Origin: Chloroflexota bacterium
GTDB taxonomy: Bacteria > Chloroflexota > Dormibacteria > Aeolococcales > Aeolococcaceae
Length of the DNA: 38,902 bases
Direction of reading: 5' to 3'
NCBI GenBank assembly: GCA_028287625.1
Contig: JAQBPH010000262.1
Span: 1-38,902, forward strand
The notes under the pieces were generated by a model. The model made no database searches. It was given only the letters and a program-made list of their open reading frames with translations, and was not told the origin of the DNA. The number at the start of each line of letters is the position of its first letter. The first letter of the stretch is position 1. This document shows positions 18,692 through 25,945 of this stretch, piece by piece. The position numbers and the translations under genes were made by a program.

Positions 18692-18868
18692 AACGGGCTG
18701 CCCTTCACCCTGAGCCTGAGCTGCGGCACCTGGGGCGGAAACATCACCACCGAGAACATCAACGCCCGGCACTTCGTCAACCTCACCTGGGTGTCCCGGC
18801 CCGTCGCACCGCACCCGGTGACCGAGGAGACGCTGTTCGCCGACCACTGGCGGCGCCACGGTCGCTGA
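18692..18868 (+). pseudogene. C-terminal remnant of an acylating (CoA-dependent) aldehyde dehydrogenase
   Basis: Own translation in the frame not listed in the track: NGLPFTLSLSCGTWGGNITTENINARHFVNLTWVSRPV...*. This matches the conserved end of the acylating ALDH domain (AdhE-type ...SLTLGCGSWGGNS.SENV..KHL.N.K.V). The roughly 400 N-terminal residues are absent. The fragment abuts the stop of the preceding lyase gene. Confidence 0.55.
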
Positions 18869-18885
18869 GGGCGAGCCGCCGCTGG

Positions 18886-20598
18886 TCAGCAGGTCGGGGC
18901 GCGCCGGCCGGCTCCGGGCGCCGGCGGGGGGACCTCCTCCTCCCGCCGGGCCCTGACCATCTGCCAGGCCCGCGTGGAGAGCTGAAGGCTGAAGCGCGTG
19001 TCGGGGTTGTTGAGGTCGTACCCGGTGAGGTCGCGGATCCGCTGCAGCCGGTACTTCAGCGTGCTGGGGTGCACGAACAGGGCCTCGGCGGTGGCGATGT
19101 AGTTCCCCCCGTGCTCGAGGAACAGGGTGAGGGTCCGGACCAGGTCGCTGTGCTTCCGCCTGTCGTAGTCGAGCAGCCCGCCCAGCCGCTCCCGGACGAA
19201 GCGCTCCACCGCGCCGAGGTCCGGCAGCTCGCAGAACAGACGGTAGACGCCCAGGTCGTCGAAGCTCGAGGCGCGATCGGCGCGGGAGCAGGCGTCCTCC
19301 ATGCGCAGGGTCAGCTCGGCCTCGCGGTGGGAGCGGGCGAAGTCGGCAGGTCGCTCGCAGAGGCCGCCGACGCCGAGCCGGCAGCGGCCGCCTCCGAGCT
19401 CGCGCAGGACGGCCTGGCGGAACTCCTCCCAGGGCACCTCCTGGCTCGCCAGGACGAGCACGGCGCCCTTGCGAGCGACCATGAGCGTGCCCACCGAGAG
19501 GTCGAGGGAGGCACGGCGGACGGCCTGGAAGAAGACGTCGTCGTCGCGGGTCCGGCCCCGGCCCTCGGCGATGACCACCCGGTGGGAGCGACCCAGGTCG
19601 TAGCCCAGCCCCTGGGCGCGGCTCTGCACGGTCTCGTCGTCGGTGCCGTCGAGCAGCGACTCGACGAGGTCGCGCCGGAGCCGGAGCTCGGCCTCGCTCA
19701 GGCTGCGGAGACGGGCCAGCTCCATCGCGAGGATGGTGGCCCCGTGCTCCAGTGCGACCCGCTCGTGCTCTCCGCAGTCCCCCCCCGGGTCGACGAGGGC
19801 GATGACCCCGAGCAGGTCGCCCCGGGGCCGCGCCAGGGCGACCAGGCGATTCCCGTCACGGCTCGGGCGCGCCTCGCGGATCAACCGGCGGAGCAGCTGC
19901 TCGCGCTTGGGTGCCGGGTCCTTCGGATAGGGCTCCGTCCTGTCGGGGCCGGCCCAGGCCCGCAGATTGCCGTAGCGATCCTCGATGGCGACCGGGTAGC
20001 CGGTGAGCTCGTGGATGGCCTGGGCCAATCCCTCCTGGCCCTCGCAGCGCACCGCGACCTGGGTCAGGCGCTTGTGGATGTCCATGCTCCGCTGCAGCGC
20101 GCCGAGCGTCTCCTCGAGCCGCTTGGCGGTGGCCCGCTCCTGGGCGTGAAGGCGCGCATTGGCCAGCGCGACCCCCGTCTCCTGGGCCAGGACCTGAAGG
20201 AGGAACCGGTTCTCGGTGGAGGGCTCCACGGCGGCCCCCACGACCAGGAAGCTGCCGGTGCGTCCGCCCAGCGCGAAGGCCCACGCCCAGGCGTCACCGG
20301 GGATCCGCACCGGGCCGCCGACGCCGTCCAGAGAGTGGAGCTGCGCTTCCAGCTGGGAGAGAGCCGGCTCTGCGCGAGGCCCGTCGAGGGCCTGCCAGCC
20401 ACTGCCCTCGATGTAGAGGGCGCGCAGGCGAGCGGTGCCCAGCGAGGGAATCGAGGAGGTGGCCAGGTGGGTGATCTGGCCCTCGTCGTCGCACTCCGTC
20501 ATCAGGACTGCGAACAGCAGCAGGCCCCGGAGGTTGGAGAGCTGGTCGCGAAGCACCGCGTCGGGTGGATACCCCGGGGTCGGCGCCGCGGCGGTCAT
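18886..20598 (-). CDS. PucR/CdaR-family transcriptional regulator with N-terminal GAF-like sensor region
   Basis: C-terminal PucR HTH GGNYIATAEALFVHPSTLKYRLQRIRDLTGYDL. 570 aa. Its ATG overlaps the stop of the upstream MEDS gene (ATGA at 20595-20598). Confidence 0.85.
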   Translation of the reverse strand: MTAAAPTPGYPPDAVLRDQLSNLRGLLLFAVLMTECDDEGQITHLATSSIPSLGTARLRALYIEGSGWQALDGPRAEPALSQLEAQLHSLDGVGGPVRIPGDAWAWAFALGGRTGSFLVVGAAVEPSTENRFLLQVLAQETGVALANARLHAQERATAKRLEETLGALQRSMDIHKRLTQVAVRCEGQEGLAQAIHELTGYPVAIEDRYGNLRAWAGPDRTEPYPKDPAPKREQLLRRLIREARPSRDGNRLVALARPRGDLLGVIALVDPGGDCGEHERVALEHGATILAMELARLRSLSEAELRLRRDLVESLLDGTDDETVQSRAQGLGYDLGRSHRVVIAEGRGRTRDDDVFFQAVRRASLDLSVGTLMVARKGAVLVLASQEVPWEEFRQAVLRELGGGRCRLGVGGLCERPADFARSHREAELTLRMEDACSRADRASSFDDLGVYRLFCELPDLGAVERFVRERLGGLLDYDRRKHSDLVRTLTLFLEHGGNYIATAEALFVHPSTLKYRLQRIRDLTGYDLNNPDTRFSLQLSTRAWQMVRARREEEVPPPAPGAGRRAPTC

Positions 20599-21200
20599 CG
20601 TCGCGTCGCGAGGAACTCTTCGGGCTCCAGGTAGTACGGGTTCTCGGTGACCGTCCCCCGGACCAGGATCTTCGGATGGGTCTTGAGGATGTCGAGGATC
20701 AGCTCACCGCTGAAGCGCTCCAGGTCGTACAGGCAGAGGATCACCTGGGGATAGAGCGGAAGGAAGCGGTTGAGCCGGGACTCGTAGCCGACCAGCTCGT
20801 CCACCCCGGGGACGTCACGCAGCGCCCAGGTCATCTCACCCACCGCGCGGACGAAGGAGACGCCGTCCTCGCACAGCGCGGAGCTCACCGCCTCGTCCCA
20901 GAACTCGATCATGCGGTCGGTCCGGAAGGCGCCGCCGTCCAGATAGGTGTGCTGCGAGGCGAGGACGTCGAGCTGGTGGGCGGCCACCCGGCGGTCCACG
21001 TCGAGGTCGCAACGCAGCTCGGCGAGCACCGACTCGGGATCCGTGGCATCGACCACGCAGAGGCACTTGTCGCCGGCGGCGAGGCCCGCACGCAGGTACG
21101 GGATGAGCACCCTGTCGCGGTCGCGGAGGCCGCGGTAGAAGGCACAGATGTGGTCGCCCTGGGCGGCCTTGAGGCCTGGGATGCCGAGATCGACCATCAT
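20595..21200 (-). CDS. MEDS-domain (DcmR-like sensory) protein
   Basis: MMVDLGIPGLKAAQGDHICAFYRGLRDRDRVLIPYLRAGLAAGDKCLCVV...VRAVGEMTW...LCLYD resembles the MEDS pattern. The start was moved from 21530 to ATG 21200, which follows GGGGGAAGG. Confidence 0.7.
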   Translation of the reverse strand: MMVDLGIPGLKAAQGDHICAFYRGLRDRDRVLIPYLRAGLAAGDKCLCVVDATDPESVLAELRCDLDVDRRVAAHQLDVLASQHTYLDGGAFRTDRMIEFWDEAVSSALCEDGVSFVRAVGEMTWALRDVPGVDELVGYESRLNRFLPLYPQVILCLYDLERFSGELILDILKTHPKILVRGTVTENPYYLEPEEFLATRR

Positions 21201-21265
21201 GGACCTTCCCCCACACGCGGCGCTATGGGAAGTGTATGGCCATGGCGGGCATCCGTGTCTCCGTC

Positions 21266-21302
21266 TGTGAGGACAGTAGATGGCCGTCAGACTGTCCTCA
21301 CA
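21266..21302. promoter_or_regulatory. Perfect 12-bp inverted repeat with a 13-nt spacer in a divergent promoter region (candidate operator)
   Basis: TGTGAGGACAGT (21266-21277), agatggccgtcag, ACTGTCCTCACA (21291-21302). Lies between the MEDS/PucR operon start (21200) and the 2-KPCC-like gene start (21516). Confidence 0.5.
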
Positions 21303-21515
21303 CGGTGAAGGTGGTGGCCGCGGATCGTCGGTGGGCTCGGCAGGAGCCGCGTGCGCCACGACCACCGTCGACCGACGCCAGGCCGGCCTGGTCGCGGGAG
21401 GACGATCCCTGCACGCTCTTTCATCCCCGAGCGACATCGTCCGAGGTGGCCCGGTGGAGTGACCATGGGCCAACGATTCGGACGTCCGGGACGCACGGAC
21501 ACGCGAGGGCTGAGC

Positions 21516-23081
21516 ATGGACATCAGGCACCGGTCGCTGTCGATGGCAGACTGGCAGTCACTCATCGACCGGGCGTTGGCAGGCGAGATCGCCGAGCCGA
21601 TCTACAACGTCAACCGTGCCGACAGCCACGACTACGACGCCATCTTCATCGGTGGCGGCGCTGGTGGCAGGTTCGGCTCGGCGTACCTGCGCGCCCAGGG
21701 TGGCCGGCAGCTGACCATCGACCGGTGGCCCTTCCTCGGCGGCTCCTGCCCGCACCAGGCCTGCGTCCCCCACCACCTCTTCTCCGAGGCAGCCCGCGAG
21801 CTGGATCTGGCGAGGCACCTCTCCGGCCGGCTCTTCTTCCCCGAGTTCGACGAGAACCGAGCCTCGGTGCTGGACATGGTGGAGCTCTTCCGCCAGGGGC
21901 GCAACTCGGCGCATGCCTTCATGAACTGGCAGAGCAAGGAGCAGCTGGAGATGGAGTACATCCTCAACGCTCCAGCGACGGTGCTCGACGCGCACACCGT
22001 GGAGGTGGCCGGCGAGCGGTTCCGGGCTCGCAACCTTGTCCTGGCCACCGGGGCGCGCACCGAGTGGCCGGACATGCCCGGCATCGGGTTGCCTGGCGTC
22101 TTCGACTTCGCCAGCCTGGTCGAGGAGCTCGACTACAACCCACGCCGCTGCGTCATCATCGGCGGCTCCAAGGTGGCCCTGGAGTACGGCTCCTTCTTCC
22201 ACGCCGCCGGTTGCCACACCACCATCCTCTCGCGCAGCCCGCTGATGCGCACCGCGAGCCTCCATCACGTCGACGAGGATCTCCGCCGGTACGTGGTCGA
22301 CAACATGCGCATGCGCGGCATGGTGATCGAGGAGGGTGCCGACACTCTGGCCATCGTCGGCGGTGGTCGGGCAGAGGGGGTCGTGGCCCGGCTCGCCGAC
22401 GGCAGCTCGGTGACCCTGGACGCGGACATGGTCTTCGTGGCGACCGGAGAGCGGGCCCAGTCGCAGCCCTTCGTCGATGCCCTCGGTGTCGATGTGAATG
22501 CCCGCGGCTCGATCCAGGTCGACGCCCGGATGCGAACCTCGGTACCCGGCGTCTACGCCATCGGCGACATGATCGGCGCGCCCATGGAGATGTTCAAGGC
22601 CCGCAAGTGCGGCATGACCGCGGCCCGGAACATCATGGGAGAGCCGTATGAGTTCGACTTCAGCGAGTACCCGGACTTCCTCCACACCACCTATGAGGTC
22701 ACCTGGGTCGGGCTCACCGAGGCCGAGGCCCGGGAGCGGTACGACGACGTCATCATCATCCAGATGCCGCCGCCGGGTCTCGGGAACGAGGAGCTCCCCC
22801 TTCCCTGCGCGGAGGGCAGCATGCTCTACGCGTTCACCAAGCCGGCGCTCAGCGGCTTCCAGAAATGTGTGATCGACGCCGGCAGCCGCCGAATCGTCGG
22901 CTGCCACCACGTGGGCTACGGAGCCAAGGACGCGTTCCAGTATCTCGACCACCTGATCCACCGACCCGCGGGGTTGACCATCGACCAGATGGCCGAGATG
23001 AACGAGCTGTTCCTCAATCCAGAGCACTTCATCCAGCTCTGCCGCCTTCGTGCCGGGCGGCGCGAGCTGGTCAGCCTCTGA
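21516..23081 (+). CDS. xecC: 2-oxopropyl-CoM reductase (carboxylating) / 2-KPCC-type NADPH disulfide oxidoreductase
   Basis: 521 aa from MDIRHRS, with GAGGG 6 nt upstream. Motifs: YDAIFIGGGAGGRFGSAYL, redox CxxxxC in GGSCPHQACVPHHLF and second Rossmann VIIGGSKVALEYG. The C-terminal ELFLNPEHFIQL has Phe and His (F-x4-H) in place of the canonical DSOR His-x4-Glu dyad, the published 2-KPCC hallmark. Confidence 0.8.
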   Translation: MDIRHRSLSMADWQSLIDRALAGEIAEPIYNVNRADSHDYDAIFIGGGAGGRFGSAYLRAQGGRQLTIDRWPFLGGSCPHQACVPHHLFSEAARELDLARHLSGRLFFPEFDENRASVLDMVELFRQGRNSAHAFMNWQSKEQLEMEYILNAPATVLDAHTVEVAGERFRARNLVLATGARTEWPDMPGIGLPGVFDFASLVEELDYNPRRCVIIGGSKVALEYGSFFHAAGCHTTILSRSPLMRTASLHHVDEDLRRYVVDNMRMRGMVIEEGADTLAIVGGGRAEGVVARLADGSSVTLDADMVFVATGERAQSQPFVDALGVDVNARGSIQVDARMRTSVPGVYAIGDMIGAPMEMFKARKCGMTAARNIMGEPYEFDFSEYPDFLHTTYEVTWVGLTEAEARERYDDVIIIQMPPPGLGNEELPLPCAEGSMLYAFTKPALSGFQKCVIDAGSRRIVGCHHVGYGAKDAFQYLDHLIHRPAGLTIDQMAEMNELFLNPEHFIQLCRLRAGRRELVSL

Positions 23082-23145
23082 TCTGATCTGACCATTGGCG
23101 GGCATGATGCGCTGCGCGCGTGCCTGATCCCCGAGAATCCCGCCC

Positions 23146-23589
23146 ATGGCCACCTCCGTCGACTTCCTCATCCTCTGCGACGCCGCGCAGGTCTCGCCGG
23201 ACAGCAAGCTCCACCTCCTCGGCGGCGCATGGACGCACCACCAGCGCCAGGTCCCCCAGAGCCCGCCGCCGGGCACGCCGCCCCCCATCTCCCAGTTCGC
23301 GATCGCCGCCGGCTTCCTCGTGGACTGGAACGAGACCGACGACCCGCTGGCGGTCAGGATCAGCGTCGAGGACGACGACAACCGGCAGCTCGCCCAGATC
23401 TCGGGCCAGCTGCTGGTCGGCCGCCATCCCCAGGCGATCAGGGGCACCGACCAGCGGGCGCTGATCGCCGTGCCGGTCACCATGGTCTTCGCGAAGGCGG
23501 GGCCGCACCACGTGCGCGCCGGCGTCGAGGGCCGGGGCGTCGACAAGGTCGTCCATTTCACCGTCGTCGACGTGCCCGTCGCGCCGTAG
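23146..23589 (+). CDS. Hypothetical protein, 147 aa
   Basis: Complete ORF with non-repetitive composition (MATSVDFLILCDAAQVSPDSKLHLLGGAW...). No motif recognised. Lies directly upstream of the toxin-like gene. Confidence 0.55.
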   Translation: MATSVDFLILCDAAQVSPDSKLHLLGGAWTHHQRQVPQSPPPGTPPPISQFAIAAGFLVDWNETDDPLAVRISVEDDDNRQLAQISGQLLVGRHPQAIRGTDQRALIAVPVTMVFAKAGPHHVRAGVEGRGVDKVVHFTVVDVPVAP

Positions 23590-23665
23590 GGCGGGGGCGC
23601 GTCAGTCGGTGGTCGGCGCCACCACCACGTCGGCGAGCGTGGCCACACCGTCGCAGCACACCCGG

Positions 23666-23671
23666 TAAGAT
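23666..23671 (+). promoter_or_regulatory. Candidate -10 hexamer TAAGAT, 8 nt upstream of the ATG (possible leaderless or very short-leader transcript)
   Basis: The sequence ggTAAGATcgtcagccATG has no Shine-Dalgarno between the hexamer and the start codon 23680. Confidence 0.3.
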
Positions 23672-23679
23672 CGTCAGCC

Positions 23680-25362
23680 ATGCCCGACGGCGCGCAGACG
23701 ACCACCGGGCCGAGCGGCAGCCAGCAGCCGGAGCAGCAGTCGGTGCTCGGCTTTCCCATCCGCCCCCGGGGGGACGGGGAAGCGGTGACCGGGGGCCGTC
23801 ACCACTGGTACGAGCTCGCCCAGGAGATCCACGGCGCCTTCGCCGACATCGACCGCGCCGTCGCCTCGATGCAGTGGTCCGGCGACGGCCGCAGGGCCTT
23901 CGACGCCGCCTGGTCCCAGCTCTCCGGACACGGCACCGAGGCCGCCCAGCACTCCCAGGAGATGGGCGACCACCTCCTCACGCTCGGTCACCAGATCGAC
24001 GACGCCCAGCACCAGTGGGACATGGCCATGACCGCCATGGCCGCCTCCACCGCCATCGGCATCGGCCTCACCTTCGTCACCTTCGGCATCTCCGACGCCG
24101 TCGCCGAGGGTGCCGCCGCCGCCGCCGTCGGCACCATGGAGGCGATCTGCACCGCCCTCGACATCTACGTCGAGGCCGCGCTCCAGGTGATGATGGCGGC
24201 GATCCGCACCGGCGTGCAGCTGGCGGTGAAGTTCACCTGGCAGTTCGGCATCAGCGTGGTCACCCAGGAGACCGCCAACGTCGTCCAGGGCCAGGGCCTC
24301 GACCACGTCAACCTCCTCCAGGCCGCCGAGTTCGCCGCCGCCACCCTGATCCCCGGCCTGGGAGGGAAGGTGATCATCGGCGGCAAGCAGGTGCTCCAGG
24401 GGACGTCGGGTGCGTTTGTGGGCGGTGCCCTCACCGACACCGCCATCCAGGGCATGGAGGCGGTCACCGAGGGCAGGCCGTTCAGCCCCGGCGAGGTGGT
24501 CGCCTCGGGCATGCTGGCCATGGGCGGCCAGGCCCTCGCCGGGGCGGTGGGCTCCCGCCTCGGACGGAGCGGCGCGGAGTTGGACCAGGAGGCGGCGCAC
24601 GCGCGCTACGAGAAGCTGCTCCAGCAGATCCCTGACGTCACCAAGCTTGATGCCCTCATCGCCCAGATTGGGGACGCGGCCAAGCTCGAGCGCCTGCTGC
24701 AGGTTTTCCGGGCGACGGAGCTCGAGACGATGCTGGCCCAACTCAAGGATGGCGGGAGCCTAGTCGTGGTGCTGGACCACGTCGGGCCCGCTACCTGTAC
24801 AGGCATGATTCGGGATTGGATGGCCAATGGCGAGTTCGCTGAGATGAACCAGTTCGTGGAGCGTCTAGCTGGTGGCGCGGGGAAGGAACTCGCCGAGAAA
24901 GCCGCCCTCGGTGGGAAGTCGCTCGTCATTGATTCGAACACGGCCATCGCATTGATCAATGATGCGGATCCAACCCTGCGCGGGACCATGAATCGGGGCG
25001 AACAGGCACGCGTCGCGTACATCAACTCTGTCCCCGGCGACACGGACCTGCGAGTCGGCAATGTGACGGTGGGCGAGATCCCCGGCGGCGTCCTCGATGT
25101 GAGGGGCGTCCCAATCGAGGTGGCGCGGGAATCAGCCGAGTACCAGAAAGTGCTCGGCGCCCTGGCGAAGGCGAACGTAGGCAAGGCCCAAGGCTTCGCC
25201 GACAGGGGCCTGATCGCCGACGCCTTCTTCGCCAAGACCGAGGCAGGCGTGGTTCCGAGGTTCCTCACCGGCGACAAGAACGTTGTGAATGCGCTGGCTC
25301 GCATGGCGGAGATCGACGTCAATGCGATCGGGGGTTTCCGTACGATCTTGAAGACGTACTGA
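23680..25362 (+). CDS. Polymorphic-toxin-like protein: WXG100-like N-terminal domain, Gly/Ala-rich hydrophobic middle, PIN-like C-terminal domain
   Basis: WXG motif in ASMQWSGDGRRAFDAAW within a helical hairpin. C-terminal KSLVIDSNTAIALI...VTVGEI...FADRGLIADAFF...RFLTGDKNVV gives the D/E/D/D acidic pattern of PIN nucleases. Confidence 0.7.
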   Translation: MPDGAQTTTGPSGSQQPEQQSVLGFPIRPRGDGEAVTGGRHHWYELAQEIHGAFADIDRAVASMQWSGDGRRAFDAAWSQLSGHGTEAAQHSQEMGDHLLTLGHQIDDAQHQWDMAMTAMAASTAIGIGLTFVTFGISDAVAEGAAAAAVGTMEAICTALDIYVEAALQVMMAAIRTGVQLAVKFTWQFGISVVTQETANVVQGQGLDHVNLLQAAEFAAATLIPGLGGKVIIGGKQVLQGTSGAFVGGALTDTAIQGMEAVTEGRPFSPGEVVASGMLAMGGQALAGAVGSRLGRSGAELDQEAAHARYEKLLQQIPDVTKLDALIAQIGDAAKLERLLQVFRATELETMLAQLKDGGSLVVVLDHVGPATCTGMIRDWMANGEFAEMNQFVERLAGGAGKELAEKAALGGKSLVIDSNTAIALINDADPTLRGTMNRGEQARVAYINSVPGDTDLRVGNVTVGEIPGGVLDVRGVPIEVARESAEYQKVLGALAKANVGKAQGFADRGLIADAFFAKTEAGVVPRFLTGDKNVVNALARMAEIDVNAIGGFRTILKTY

Positions 25363-25431
25363 GCGTCGGGTTTCTACGTCGTCATCGAGGGCCGCATCCT
25401 TGTAGTAATACCGGTGCCCTAGGAGGTTGGC

Positions 25432-25944
25432 ATGTTCGATGTATTCGTCGCTCCGCTCCGGTGCCCCGGTTGCGATACGGTGGTGGCGGACGCCGAGATA
25501 CAGACCCACATCCGCGGTGGCTCCGCCGACGGCTCCTCGCTAACAGTCGGCTTCGAGTTCAATCCGCTCCGCCTCACCACCGAAAGAATCGTTGGTGCGG
25601 GCTATGCACTGGTGAACCCTCCCGATCCCGGTGGGCCGATCCGGCTGCTCGACGTCTGGAGTTGCCCGCAATGCGAGACCGAACAGTGGGCGATGGTGGA
25701 GATCGCCGATCGAAAAATCCGCGGCATCGAAGCGGTGACGCTGGACCCTGCGACCTTGGAATCCGCAAACTTCATCTCTGACACTGAAGCGGACCTGCTC
25801 GCGGAGGCGCTGACGGGACCAGTCTCGACTGCGAGCAGCGTAGAGATCCTCCGGCAACGACTTCCCACGAGTCCGGAACGTCGGGATTCAACAGTGGTCA
25901 TCGAGGGCGCATCCTCGCCGTGGTACCGGTGCTCTAGGGGTTGA
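25432..25944 (+). CDS. Candidate immunity protein, paralog 1 (zinc-ribbon-like CxxC...CxxC)
   Basis: AGGAGG 5 nt upstream. MFDVFVAPLRCPGCDTVVADAEIQTHIRG...GPIRLLDVWSCPQCETEQWAMVEI...LESANFISD...VEILRQRLP. It has lost the stop used by the paralogs and reads 23 codons into the next repeat leader. Confidence 0.75.
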   Translation: MFDVFVAPLRCPGCDTVVADAEIQTHIRGGSADGSSLTVGFEFNPLRLTTERIVGAGYALVNPPDPGGPIRLLDVWSCPQCETEQWAMVEIADRKIRGIEAVTLDPATLESANFISDTEADLLAEALTGPVSTASSVEILRQRLPTSPERRDSTVVIEGASSPWYRCSRG

Positions 25945-25945
25945 C

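Noticed and set aside
20595-21530. Full 311-aa version of the MEDS ORF, and the upstream extensions of ORFs 21351, 2576, 13646, 14569, 15941, 16708, 29245, 30521, 31474, 31833, 33173, 33958, 34335 and 36391.
   Set aside because: The extensions are junk-like and overlap the preceding gene. In each case an internal ATG or GTG forms a 4-nt overlap or follows an SD and matches the expected family N-terminus.
25360-25362. TGA at the toxin end as a selenocysteine codon.
   Set aside because: No SECIS-like hairpin is evident immediately downstream, and there is no redox context. A premature stop or ordinary termination is more parsimonious.
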